Source: Candidatus Kaiserbacteria bacterium (GTDB lineage Bacteria > Patescibacteriota > Minisyncoccia > Phycocordibacterales > UBA2100). From it: 64,000 nucleotides of DNA. The DNA lies in the NCBI GenBank assembly GCA_027083345.1, contig JALWOZ010000010.1, forward strand, positions 7,301 through 71,300. The letters are read 5' to 3'. The notes beneath the pieces are model-generated. The model was given only the letters and a program-made list of their open reading frames with translations, did no database searches and was not told the origin of the DNA. Positions 19,678 through 29,805 of the stretch are shown in pieces (the stretch's first letter is position 1; each line of letters starts with the position of its first letter). Position numbers and translations under genes: made by a program.

Positions 19678-20466
19678 ATGTATTTAGAAATCTTACTCTC
19701 TGGTGTAGTTATAGTACTCACATCTCTCTCTGGCAAGCTCGTTATGTGGGGAACATTAGGTCGATATTTGCAAAAGCATCTTAAGTACCTAGTAACATTA
19801 GCACTCGGAGTATTCTCCGTTACCCTCTACTTAATGTTTGGAGAGGTCCTTGAACTCTCTACATCTTGGTGGCAGACCTCAATAGCCCTAGCACTCGGAG
19901 CGGTTGCACTAGAGGCTGTGCACCGCCTATTGCCAGACGCTCACCATCACCACGGCGCAGACAGAGGCGAATGTTGCGAGACTTGTGACTGCAACAAAAC
20001 GCACACTCATAGTCGCAAGATAAATCCAAAGCGTATCCTCCTAGGAGATGCACTACATAACATAGGCGACGGTGTGGCTATCGTATCTGCATACTTGATC
20101 AGCCTTGAGGCAGGCCTTGTGCTTACGGCCGGCATCTTCTTGCACGAGTTTGTACAAGAGACCTCTGAGTTCTTCATCCTTAAAGAGGTCGGTTACTCAA
20201 CTAAGAAGGCACTCTTAAGCAACCTATTGGTACAAAGCTCTATTTTTATAGGTATTATACTTACAATTATAGTCTCTAACACTACTACTTATACTCCGTT
20301 AATAATAGCCTTCTCTGTTGGAGCTCTAGCTTATATTATATTGCGTGACTTGCTACCACACACACTTGAGCGTATTAAGCACGGCGGAGGGTTAACTAAG
20401 CACTTACTCGCCTACACCATAGGCTTTATAATTATGCTCGCTATAGCCAGCTTACTACCTGGTTAA
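19678..20466 (+). CDS. ZIP family metal cation transporter (ZupT-like) with His/Cys-rich loop
   Basis: HNIGDG and HEFVQE metal-site motifs. Loop HHHHGADRGECCETCDCNKTHTH. Confidence 0.6.
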   Translation: MYLEILLSGVVIVLTSLSGKLVMWGTLGRYLQKHLKYLVTLALGVFSVTLYLMFGEVLELSTSWWQTSIALALGAVALEAVHRLLPDAHHHHGADRGECCETCDCNKTHTHSRKINPKRILLGDALHNIGDGVAIVSAYLISLEAGLVLTAGIFLHEFVQETSEFFILKEVGYSTKKALLSNLLVQSSIFIGIILTIIVSNTTTYTPLIIAFSVGALAYIILRDLLPHTLERIKHGGGLTKHLLAYTIGFIIMLAIASLLPG

Positions 20467-20863
20467 ACAACGAATGTAGGATTACTGCATTTACTAGTCC
20501 AAAGAGTATATACCATCGCTTCTTTAAGGTCGAGAAGGTTATAATCAAAACTGTGAGCATATGCATAGGCATTGTATACAATAATCTCTGCCCAAATATA
20601 CTCATGTCTCCAATCTGCAATATGTTATTTAAGTACAACATACTCTCAGAGAGTCCAAACAATAATCCAAAAATAGCAGCCGCTATCAGCTTACTCTTGC
20701 TACTACTTAACCTACTTATGAGTACAAGTACCACAAGTGCTTTTACTAGCTCCTCTACAACCTCTGAGTAGCCGGTGAGCGCAACCACAGGTATAAGCAC
20801 CATAGGCAATATTAACCCAGCTAGTATTATAAATATAAAGTGTATTGGATTATTGTTTGGCAT
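20441..20863 (-). CDS. PrsW-like/CPBP-like intramembrane protease homologue (short, 140 aa)
   Basis: 4 TMs carrying EELVKAL (EExxK), FGLSE (FxxxE) and HSLFN (HxxxN), in the PrsW order. It starts 5 nt after the giant gene stop. Confidence 0.45.
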   Translation of the reverse strand: MPNNNPIHFIFIILAGLILPMVLIPVVALTGYSEVVEELVKALVVLVLISRLSSSKSKLIAAAIFGLLFGLSESMLYLNNILQIGDMSIFGQRLLYTMPMHMLTVLIITFSTLKKRWYILFGLVNAVILHSLFNQVVSWL

Positions 20864-20867
20864 AACA

Positions 20868-23800
20868 TTACTTGAGCACCTCTACATACTCCCCTGAGAC
20901 CCAACCGTCTATGCCCTTGGGGATTATTATATAATACCAACCGTCCTTCTGTGCCTCATACACATACTCCTTGCCCGGCAAAACCTTGCCCAACTTAGTT
21001 GAGCTAGCACTTGGCTTGCCTCGTACATTTAGCCAACCTGTCTCTGTGTCTTTAACCTTAACTTTAGATACTAATTGTCTTGTAGAAGTTGCAATAGATT
21101 GCTTAACAAGGGAGTCGACAGAGGTGTTTTGTAACTCACCTTTATTCTTAATACTTTGAGTAAACGTACTTATATTTGTTGAGGTTGACACCTTCTCAAT
21201 ATTTACAGATTCCACAGTGTTTATGTTTTTATCATACACTATTGGTTCTTTATCCTTACTCATAAATGCAGGTACAGATAACATAACCATACCTATGACA
21301 AAACCAGGAAAACTAACTAAAATAAGGACACCGATGGCACTACCACTAAATACCTTTATTATATGCACTAATCGCCCCCAAAATGTCTCAGGATCATGCG
21401 CCTCTGCAGATATATCCTCAATACCCTCTTTTATAATTAGAGTCTCTTGAGGGTAACGCAGACCTGGTATTCTCCTACCGTGCCTACCTAAGGCAGTTAT
21501 AAGTAAAGTCTGTTGACGCCACATCGCAAAGACAATTGCTGCTAGTAGACCAAAACCAAATACTATAGCTAACACTATACCCCAAGTAGAGAAGGTTTGT
21601 ATACCTCCAATGCTACCCACTAACCCATTTGAAGCTCCTGAACTGGTTACTAAATCTTTTAATTTATTCATTAATTGATCAATCTGTTTAACCTTACCAA
21701 CATTATTACGATATACAACTATATGTCTCTGTGGAGTAGAGTAACTCGTAGCTTGAGATTGGGCAACACTATCTACTAAAGACTTCAACTCCTCTACTAA
21801 TAATGTACCTCTAGCCTCATATTGAGTACCGCTTAATACCTTAGCATAACTCTCTGCTTGCTTTTTAATATTTGCTAATTCTGCCAAATCAAAAACCCAG
21901 ATATCGGTCATCTCTACCTTCTTGGTTATAGACTCCCCTCCACCAAGAGTTATTTCAGCGGATACAAAATAATTTTGAGCATTGGGGTCATACTCAACCT
22001 TTAACCCGTCTGCATTCATAATACTCTCCGGTGTAGCTTCTTTTGGCAACAATTGTTTAAATTTAACCAATTGTTTTTTATCGCTAGGGTTTGTAATTAT
22101 AAAATGCAACTCTACTGAATTAAATTTCATAAATGTCTCTACTATAGGTGCTGTACCATTATTTGTAACAACTGCGTTAATTGTGTTAGAGACGGCTTTA
22201 AGCTCACTAAGCTTATTTTGCACATCTTTAAGTGTCTCAGTATTTTGCTCACTTACCTGTAAAAGCTTTTTAAGGCCGTCTACTTTTACATTTATATTCA
22301 CTTCTTTAGCGCCATCAAGAGCCTCTATAAGTTGCTGAGATGTTAACTGGAGTTGGTTAATAGTACCCACACTACTACCAATAATTGGACCATTGCCTCC
22401 ACCAGCTGAGCTAACCGACTCCTCTACAGCAGTGAAGGAGCGTGACGCAGACGACGACTCTGTGCCATAATAGTTGACCACTTTAAACCAGTAGTCTCCA
22501 ACATCTGGCACGGTTGCTGTAAGAGTCTTATTAAAGTCTACCCCAGGAGTAACCAGCTTGGCCGCTTGACCGTAGTATATATCATCGTTACCACCACACT
22601 GATTGTCTTGCGAGTCTACCACACACCACTCGTACTGATATTCATATGAGGCATTACCCTCATTAGAGATTGTAATATCAGCAGATATAGAGTCTACAGT
22701 AGAATCAGATATTGAGTTAATTATGACCTGAGATGGAGCTCCGGTAGCCTGCCAATAATCTACCTTGTGTAAAGTATTACCACCAACTACAACTGTTACA
22801 TCGGACTCATATAAACCTGATGTAGAGCCAGTGGGTAATGCATATGTATATTCATATTCTCCGGTACCAAGTGACGTCATCGTAGTAGTAGCAACCGCCA
22901 CAGCCCTAGATGCATCATAAATGACTATGGTGGGTGTTGAGTCTGCATCTGTTGGAGTTGTCTCGTAATCCTCTATTGTTAATTTAGTCCTATAAGTATT
23001 ACCAACTTGCACAGCATTTGGGCCACTAAGCTCTACATTATAGAGAGATTGTTGAGAGCTACGCAAAGCCGACACGGCAGTAGCCAAAGAGTCTATCTTA
23101 GTGTCTACTGATGAGAGCAACGTATTGATGCTGTTGACCTTAGACTGTATGTCCGTAACTTTAGTCTGTATATCCGTAACTTTTGTATTTGTATCCACCG
23201 TAGTGCTGGCGATGGTATCTACCACCGTGTCTATAGTGTCTATCTTCGTCTCATTGGCATTAACCTCTGTGATAATGTCTGACTTCGCTGCACCAAGTGA
23301 ACCTGCGGTTGTATGCTCAGAGAGTTGCTCATCAAGTACGGAGTCTGCTATGGTAGCCTTTGACAACGCGCCGGTATTTATAACATTACATCCATTACTG
23401 TTATCTGTGAGCTCTACATTACCTCGCACCACTACCGTGCCGGCCGTACAGGTGGTATCTATTATTGCATGACCGGATACAAAGTCCATACTCACAGAGT
23501 CAGATGATCCTGTCTTATTGATCAACTTAATCCCTCCTGAGTACCCTCTTAAACTCAAATTATGCCCACTGCCACCGAAGTCTATAATTGGAGTACTCGT
23601 ACCCGCTACACTACTCCTTGAGTCTATTATGTTAATTGTCTCATTGCTTGAGCCGGTTAAAGTTGTGGTGGCTGAGGTAAACGCTGAGTTAAATATAACT
23701 CCGGTAAATCCAGACAAACCGTTAACAAAACTATCTCTAACCACAACATCTCCATTAACCGTACCACTAAGAGTAAGGTTATCAAAAGATGCTCCGGTAG

Positions 23801-26800
23801 TGTCTCCTCCACCTAAAGTCATGGAGCTCACATTAGCCGAACTACCACTAAAGGCACAATTCCGTAGCACAGCCGAGCCAGGCACCGTGATAGGCCCTCT
23901 TATAGAGTAGTGTGTTAGAGAGTTAGCGGAGCCGATAGTAAGAGCGTCTGTAATGTTATCTACCGGGTGTTCTTGATTACCCATAGGGTACACTGTGCCC
24001 GAGCTACCTGATATACTGTCTATGTACACAGAGGCATTTGCAAAATCCTTAAATCGCTTTAAGAGCCCAACAGGGGTTGTTGAGATATAAGTTGTGCCAT
24101 CATTGATTATCTTAACTTTAGCCTGATACACATCTTCGTCAGGCAAGCCGGACGGAGATTTGCTAAAGTGGAAGGTACCATTACTTGAAGGTGAAGAGCT
24201 TGTGGCATTATAAACAACGGTACCACTATTATTCTCTATCCATACCTCGGCACTTGTAGGGTTTGATATAACCGCGCCGTTAAGCTCTAGCCATGCATTA
24301 ATCTTAAGTGTGTCCGTATCTGTCTCAAAGCCTACTGCCGCCTTTGTTTGATTGAGCACACTCTGTGCCGTCATTGTGAGGTTGAGTGTGCCGTCTGTAG
24401 TTATGCTCTGCGTTGTCGTCTTGGTATTATACCCCACCTTATCCATAACAATATCAAACGAGCCATACGGCCAAGAGTAAGTAAACGGACTGCTTTTAGA
24501 TGCAGCACCGGTGCCGTCCCCGGGGTTAAATGTGATACTGCTAAGATGGTCTGAGGTAGACGAGTCTTGCACATTCACCGTCATACTTGCATAACGGATT
24601 GTAAAGTCGGCATCCGACTCGTCATAAGCGTCTGAGTCTGATGAGTCTACTATCTTGATCTTTGTTGTAGTGCTATTTGAAAGGTCTGGGAGTGTCCAAG
24701 AGTATGAGCCTGTGTTTGACGTTGATGTAGCTATTGTGTATGGATAGCTTGAGCCACCATCTGTTGAGTAAAATATGTCAACACTTGAGACACTTCCGCT
24801 TGTCGTCCAGCTTATTGTCTTGCTCGGTGTTAGAGCTATCCAATATTCAGAGCCGTTTGGAGAAGTTATGGTAAGTCCACCAACTATCTTATAAGTGTCA
24901 GAATCATCTTGTATGCTCTGTTGGTCAGAGATTATACGCACCTTTGTACTTGTGCCCTGCTCAGAGCTTGGGATGTTTGTCCATGAGTATGAGCCTGTGC
25001 CAGACGCACCTATGGAGACTCCCGTAGCTATTGTGTAGTCAAAGCCGTTACCGTCTCCACTGTCTGCCTTGAGTGTTACTGTTGTTGCCGGCGAGCCCGC
25101 ATAGCTCCAAGTAATTGTCTTACTACTCCCTACTGCCCAAGCGTTGCCAGAGGCGGGTGCGGTGATAGTTAATGAGCCCTCTGTGGTAAAACTCGTGCCT
25201 GTAGAGTATGTAGACCACGCAGTGCCATCGTGGTACCGGACTCTAAAATAGTAGGTAGTGTTAGCTGCCAGCTGTGTGGCACCGGAGAGATTGTTGGCAA
25301 AGGTGCCGTTAGAGCTATTGATAGTTGTACTCGTCTCTGCAGAGCCGGCAGTACGCGTCCACTCCGGAGAACTAAAGTCTGAGTTGTCGTCCACCTCCCA
25401 TTGTGCATTGGTCTGAGCATCACTATCTGCATCACTATATGCAGATGCAGAGAGAGTCGTATTGCGCACCTGCAGAGTTGCGCCATTTGTCGGGGATGAG
25501 TTTGTTGGAGTATTTGGGGGCACATTAAGAAGTGTATAATCTACTGTCACACTCTTAAGTTCTGGTGTATAAGAGGCATCATGACTGTCTAAGAATGCTT
25601 TATATTGAAAATACTGATTGTCTGGAACATTAGTCAGTGTGAGTGTCGGTGTAGTTATGGTGTTGGTCGTGCCCCACTCATAATAGGTAGAGGCTGTGCC
25701 ATCTGGGCCAGCGAAACTCTCTCCATTACAAGCAGAATCATTACAACTCCTTACTTGATACTTCATATTCAAAACTCCTCGTTTATAGATATTTGCTATC
25801 TCAGTAGCTGACAAAGCCCTATTCCACACCGCCACTTCGTCAATAAGCCCATTCCAATTTTCAACACTTCCACCTGAACCATTAGAATAAGCACCAATAC
25901 TTACCGGATCGCTATTTGAACTTAAAGTAACTGAACCGACATTAGTAGAGCTTTCTAATGTACCATCAACGTAAATCCTCGCATATGTGCCATCGTACAC
26001 TCCCACAACATAATGCCATTGGCCATCAGATACACTAGTTATACTATCACCAGAGTTAAGCCAACTTCCGTTATTGATGTAGAATCTTGCCTTGTCCGCC
26101 CCAGAATCCCATCCTGCACCTAAAGCAAATACTCCTGTGGCCGGTGTCTGTGTTTGTTTTCTAACTATAGAACGGCCTGTCCCTATATTTCCATCGGTAC
26201 CATCCCATCTAACCCACGCTCCCGCTGTTATAGATGTAAGACCATCCAGAGCATCTATATCTCCGAAAGTGATCCAATCATTACTACCGTCAAATCCTAT
26301 TGCATCATTTAACTTTCCAGTTTGGGCATATAACGCTCCGTTATATGTACCACTATTCCCTTGTCCAGATGAATCAGTAATAGTCCCTGACGCCTCATTG
26401 AGATGTGCCAATAGCTTATTACCTGTCATATCAATATTACCTGTGGTGTATGCCGTCTCTACTCCCGCATTATCTGACAATTCCTTACCGATTGGACGCT
26501 CTGGAGTCCACGCAATAGAATTCCAAGTAGCGTTTGCTGTTGCGTCTTTGATGGCTGAGGTATATGAGCCCGAGTGTCTCTTTTGATGTTCATATATAGA
26601 GTGTATCTCTGTGGTACTCAACTCTCTATTCCACACAGCAACCTCATCCAAAGATATATTTGCAAAGCCGGAAGTGCCGTTAAACTCAGATCCTAATTTA
26701 AGAGTATAGCCCGAATCGTCTATACCAGAAGTATTCGTATGGCTTGCACTAGCCCACGAAGCTCCATCTTTATATAACTTAAATCCTGTTGGAGTCATAA

Positions 26801-27620
26801 CAAACACTATATGGTGCCAAGTATCTAATGTAAGCCCACTACCTTGTGCCAGTGCAGCATTACCGCCAGAATAACAAAAGAACTCAATTTGTCCCGCACT
26901 AGTGAGTCGTGCACCACATCCAGATGCCCCATCAGATGTGTCAAAAATATAATTACTAGTAGCAAAGGTATGCGGATTAAGCCACAAACTAACCGTCATG
27001 GTAGTATATGCATCAATATTCTCTCCTGTGTCTATATAATCATTAACGCCATCAAACTTTATAGCTGTACCCATCTTGGCTGTCTGAGAATATGTGGGTC
27101 CTCCATTTACCGTACCAGTATTATTATTACCAGAGGTGTCTGCCACAGAACCACTAGACTCATCTAGATGGTAGAGAAGCGTATTACCTGTCATGTCTAT
27201 CCAGCCAGTAGAAGTCGCATTCTCAGGGAAGGTGTCTAATATATTATTAGTATTAGTACTCTCAACCCAACTATTAACCCCATTCCACTGCGTATAATTA
27301 TATGTACCAGCATCAAAATTAGCTTGTGAGTTATCTACAGTTGTGGCTGCCTCAGTGGGGCTGGCAGAGTAGAGCGTATACGCCCAGTAACCAGCAAAGG
27401 CCAATGTGCCTAATACCCAAATACCTAGCAAGAGACGCAGTGGCCTAAATGTAGGACTAGACATTATGATTTTTATATCTCCTAACGTCGTAGGCTTTTG
27501 GGGTCTTTTAGTCTTAATTTGACTATTATGCCTGTCTTTTATATCATTCTTAGAGACCTGTCTTAAATCTAAAACAGTATCTTGCCTAACATTATCTTTA
27601 ATATTTTCATCACTACTCAT
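20868..27620 (-). CDS. giant (2250 aa) membrane-anchored surface protein
   Basis: N-terminal 60-aa cytoplasmic tail plus a TM. Two LamG repeats (DMTGN.LL.HL.E.SG...DGVNDYI...LDEVAVWNR.LS..EI). Two Ig-like units (ITAPASGNAWAVGSSKTITWSY / ITSPNGSEYW...TISWTT). Heptad-like repeats (VDT.ASTTVDTNTKVTDIQTKVTDIQSKVN), two TMs at about aa 1955-2065, and C-terminal GWLNVRGKPS...GWVSGEYVEV SH3b. Confidence 0.8.
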   Translation of the reverse strand: MSSDENIKDNVRQDTVLDLRQVSKNDIKDRHNSQIKTKRPQKPTTLGDIKIIMSSPTFRPLRLLLGIWVLGTLAFAGYWAYTLYSASPTEAATTVDNSQANFDAGTYNYTQWNGVNSWVESTNTNNILDTFPENATSTGWIDMTGNTLLYHLDESSGSVADTSGNNNTGTVNGGPTYSQTAKMGTAIKFDGVNDYIDTGENIDAYTTMTVSLWLNPHTFATSNYIFDTSDGASGCGARLTSAGQIEFFCYSGGNAALAQGSGLTLDTWHHIVFVMTPTGFKLYKDGASWASASHTNTSGIDDSGYTLKLGSEFNGTSGFANISLDEVAVWNRELSTTEIHSIYEHQKRHSGSYTSAIKDATANATWNSIAWTPERPIGKELSDNAGVETAYTTGNIDMTGNKLLAHLNEASGTITDSSGQGNSGTYNGALYAQTGKLNDAIGFDGSNDWITFGDIDALDGLTSITAGAWVRWDGTDGNIGTGRSIVRKQTQTPATGVFALGAGWDSGADKARFYINNGSWLNSGDSITSVSDGQWHYVVGVYDGTYARIYVDGTLESSTNVGSVTLSSNSDPVSIGAYSNGSGGSVENWNGLIDEVAVWNRALSATEIANIYKRGVLNMKYQVRSCNDSACNGESFAGPDGTASTYYEWGTTNTITTPTLTLTNVPDNQYFQYKAFLDSHDASYTPELKSVTVDYTLLNVPPNTPTNSSPTNGATLQVRNTTLSASAYSDADSDAQTNAQWEVDDNSDFSSPEWTRTAGSAETSTTINSSNGTFANNLSGATQLAANTTYYFRVRYHDGTAWSTYSTGTSFTTEGSLTITAPASGNAWAVGSSKTITWSYAGSPATTVTLKADSGDGNGFDYTIATGVSIGASGTGSYSWTNIPSSEQGTSTKVRIISDQQSIQDDSDTYKIVGGLTITSPNGSEYWIALTPSKTISWTTSGSVSSVDIFYSTDGGSSYPYTIATSTSNTGSYSWTLPDLSNSTTTKIKIVDSSDSDAYDESDADFTIRYASMTVNVQDSSTSDHLSSITFNPGDGTGAASKSSPFTYSWPYGSFDIVMDKVGYNTKTTTQSITTDGTLNLTMTAQSVLNQTKAAVGFETDTDTLKINAWLELNGAVISNPTSAEVWIENNSGTVVYNATSSSPSSNGTFHFSKSPSGLPDEDVYQAKVKIINDGTTYISTTPVGLLKRFKDFANASVYIDSISGSSGTVYPMGNQEHPVDNITDALTIGSANSLTHYSIRGPITVPGSAVLRNCAFSGSSANVSSMTLGGGDTTGASFDNLTLSGTVNGDVVVRDSFVNGLSGFTGVIFNSAFTSATTTLTGSSNETINIIDSRSSVAGTSTPIIDFGGSGHNLSLRGYSGGIKLINKTGSSDSVSMDFVSGHAIIDTTCTAGTVVVRGNVELTDNSNGCNVINTGALSKATIADSVLDEQLSEHTTAGSLGAAKSDIITEVNANETKIDTIDTVVDTIASTTVDTNTKVTDIQTKVTDIQSKVNSINTLLSSVDTKIDSLATAVSALRSSQQSLYNVELSGPNAVQVGNTYRTKLTIEDYETTPTDADSTPTIVIYDASRAVAVATTTMTSLGTGEYEYTYALPTGSTSGLYESDVTVVVGGNTLHKVDYWQATGAPSQVIINSISDSTVDSISADITISNEGNASYEYQYEWCVVDSQDNQCGGNDDIYYGQAAKLVTPGVDFNKTLTATVPDVGDYWFKVVNYYGTESSSASRSFTAVEESVSSAGGGNGPIIGSSVGTINQLQLTSQQLIEALDGAKEVNINVKVDGLKKLLQVSEQNTETLKDVQNKLSELKAVSNTINAVVTNNGTAPIVETFMKFNSVELHFIITNPSDKKQLVKFKQLLPKEATPESIMNADGLKVEYDPNAQNYFVSAEITLGGGESITKKVEMTDIWVFDLAELANIKKQAESYAKVLSGTQYEARGTLLVEELKSLVDSVAQSQATSYSTPQRHIVVYRNNVGKVKQIDQLMNKLKDLVTSSGASNGLVGSIGGIQTFSTWGIVLAIVFGFGLLAAIVFAMWRQQTLLITALGRHGRRIPGLRYPQETLIIKEGIEDISAEAHDPETFWGRLVHIIKVFSGSAIGVLILVSFPGFVIGMVMLSVPAFMSKDKEPIVYDKNINTVESVNIEKVSTSTNISTFTQSIKNKGELQNTSVDSLVKQSIATSTRQLVSKVKVKDTETGWLNVRGKPSASSTKLGKVLPGKEYVYEAQKDGWYYIIIPKGIDGWVSGEYVEVLK

Positions 27621-27841
27621 ACTTTATAGTACATAGTAGCATATTTTATACACAACAATGCATAAATATTAACAATCGATAATAAATACTTTAGATTTAT
27701 ACTGCTGACTGATGCGGTCTAGAACCTTAGCTGGTCAAGCCGTTGCAAGGTATTATAGCATATTTTTGCTAATTAATTTTATGTGTCTCGGTAGGTCTAT
27801 TTATTCTGTAAATGCGACGAATTCGACACATATAAAAAGAG

Positions 27842-28174
27842 CTATATTTTTTCTATCTCAATACCTAGGACACCATATTTTTTCTCGTCTTCTTCCGAAT
27901 AGAATGTATACATCTTGGTATATTCATCTGTACTTATTGAACCATAGGCCTCAGGGGCAAATGATTCGAACAAAGCTTTAAAAGAACCAAAGTGATGTAG
28001 TCCAAGCACTCTCATTTTTAATTTAGATGCTGTATGTGCAACATTAGTAAAAACTATCTCGTCACCAATTTGTACCTGTTGACGCTTTTCATCATTAAGA
28101 CGGATTTCTATTTTCTTACTTCCTTCAAGAATTAAGTCAAATGGTGTTGCTTGCAATTTCATTTGGTGAATCAT
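27842..28174 (-). CDS. ASCH domain protein
   Basis: FDLILEGSKKIEIRLNDEKRQ...GDEIVF, a typical ASCH beta-barrel start. Confidence 0.5.
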   Translation of the reverse strand: MIHQMKLQATPFDLILEGSKKIEIRLNDEKRQQVQIGDEIVFTNVAHTASKLKMRVLGLHHFGSFKALFESFAPEAYGSISTDEYTKMYTFYSEEDEKKYGVLGIEIEKI

Positions 28175-28296
28175 ATAAATTATAGAATAGCATATTAACC
28201 GATACAAATGAAAGAGTGACATAGTGGTTATATAGCATGCCAATTATGGTACTGAAAATATGACCCTCTCGGTCATTTGAATTGTCACATTACTGC

Positions 28297-28365
28297 TGCC
28301 AGACTAGGATTCGAACCTAGATAGCGGGTACCAGAAACCCGAGTCCTACCATTAGACGATCTGGC
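28297..28365 (-). tRNA. tRNA-Gln(CUG)
   Basis: The minus-strand sequence folds as a cloverleaf. Acceptor GCCAGAU/GUCUGGC, anticodon stem CGGGU/ACCCG with loop UUCUGGU, T-loop GGUUCGAAUCC. Coordinates plus or minus 3. Confidence 0.6.
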
Positions 28366-28555
28366 AATACTTCGCGCTACGCGCTACGAACTGCACAGCA
28401 ATGAAGCTGTCTGCAATTTATACCATTTTTCTAATATTTTTCCACTTATGTCTTATCCTCTGTCTAATCGTTATCAACATGGTGTAAGAAAAACTTAATA
28501 TAATCGTCTATACTTAAAAGGTACGTATAGAATTAATAAACTTAATAAATAAAAT

Positions 28556-29170
28556 ATGAAGACTAGAACAAATAAATATACAAGGTTGACTACATTAACA
28601 ATTGCCACTATCTACGCAATTATTTTTTATGCTTATCCGGTTAACGCTCAAACGGATTTTGGTCTATCAGAGAGCGATTTATCTGAATTAGACTCTATGT
28701 TAGAAGAGGTGGACTCCGCAACTAAAGACATTGACCTGGCAACACAAACACAAAATAATGATGGTCAAGAAGATTTTGGATTAGGTGATGGTAGCAACAA
28801 CCCAACAGTAATTGATATAAAAAATATGACCGACGAAGAGCTACTAAACTTAGACATCAAAGACGACTTCTTAAGTGATAACTTATTAGGAGATTTAGAT
28901 AAAGAGATAGTGAGTCGTGAGTACTCTCCTATAACCTCTCCAGAATGGGACTCTGTACGCAGTTTTATAAAAGAAAATGAGAAAGAAGGCTCTGTAGACT
29001 GGCTAGAAGCTATGCCAGACATTGAAACTGGAGAAATACACTTAAAAGGTGTGGAACACAAATCTCTATTTGGTCTATTTGGCATAGATTTAGAAGTATC
29101 TCGTATTATAGACTCAAATGGTAATCTAAAGACAATAAACAGACCTTGGTACTCCATCTTTGCTTGGTAA
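28556..29170 (+). CDS. secreted acidic protein, unknown function
   Basis: Signal peptide ending VNAQ. D/E-rich with DFGL repeats. Upstream of the ECF sigma gene on the same strand. Confidence 0.35.
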   Translation: MKTRTNKYTRLTTLTIATIYAIIFYAYPVNAQTDFGLSESDLSELDSMLEEVDSATKDIDLATQTQNNDGQEDFGLGDGSNNPTVIDIKNMTDEELLNLDIKDDFLSDNLLGDLDKEIVSREYSPITSPEWDSVRSFIKENEKEGSVDWLEAMPDIETGEIHLKGVEHKSLFGLFGIDLEVSRIIDSNGNLKTINRPWYSIFAW

Positions 29171-29253
29171 TGTAAGAAAGTGGGAGTTATTACGTCTACA
29201 ACAATATATCCGCACACTATACAAGCCTATCGTGTGCAGATATACTCTAAAGC

Positions 29254-29805
29254 ATGACAGTAGAAGATGCCTTTAACAAAGCATATGACGATTATGCCGA
29301 TGCTCTTTTTAGGCATTGTATGTTTAGATTGTCTCACCGCGAACGTGCCTTAGAGTTGGTACAAGAAGCATTTATGAAGACTTGGGACACAGCACAAAAA
29401 GGAGAGAGAATTAAAAATTGGAGAGCTCTTCTGTATCGTTATCTTAATAATCTAATAATAGATGAATATAGGAAAAAGAAGCAGGAGTCACTAGACTCCA
29501 TATTAGACAAAGAGGGTGTTAGTGAAGCCAACTTTGCAGACTTAAAAACCAACTCATTGGAGGAGGTCATAACCCTACTAGACTCTAAACAAATTGCAAA
29601 ACATCTAAATATGGAATTATATAAACTACAAGACAATTACAAACGAGTATTGATACTAAGATATATAGATGGATTACGCATAAAGGAGATAGCTAAAATC
29701 CTTAAAGAGACAGAGAATACTGTATCTGTACATCTAAATAGAGCATTGAAAAAGTTAAAAAGCAATTTACTTAATAATGACCCCTTAATAATGCAAAAAA
29801 TATGA
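29254..29805 (+). CDS. ECF-type RNA polymerase sigma factor (sigma-70 regions 2 and 4)
   Basis: Region 4 HTH LRYIDGLRIKEIAKILKETENTVSVHLNRALKKLK. Region 2 DAFNKAYDDYADALFRHCMFRL. Confidence 0.75.
   Translation: MTVEDAFNKAYDDYADALFRHCMFRLSHRERALELVQEAFMKTWDTAQKGERIKNWRALLYRYLNNLIIDEYRKKKQESLDSILDKEGVSEANFADLKTNSLEEVITLLDSKQIAKHLNMELYKLQDNYKRVLILRYIDGLRIKEIAKILKETENTVSVHLNRALKKLKSNLLNNDPLIMQKI

Noticed and set aside
20971-27167. Multiple 60-160 aa ORFs on the plus strand inside the giant gene (e.g. 26092-26586, 23518-23910)
   Set aside because: They are antisense to a continuous 6.7-kb ORF with clear domain content. They are rich in Ser/Thr/Pro, as expected from antisense translation of Thr/Ser codons, and carry no motifs.
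28371-28395. Short direct repeat CGCGCTACGCGCTACG next to tRNA-Gln
   Set aside because: Only two 8-nt units. It could be chance or a minor slippage product. There is no evidence of an att site, since no matching repeat is seen elsewhere in the window.
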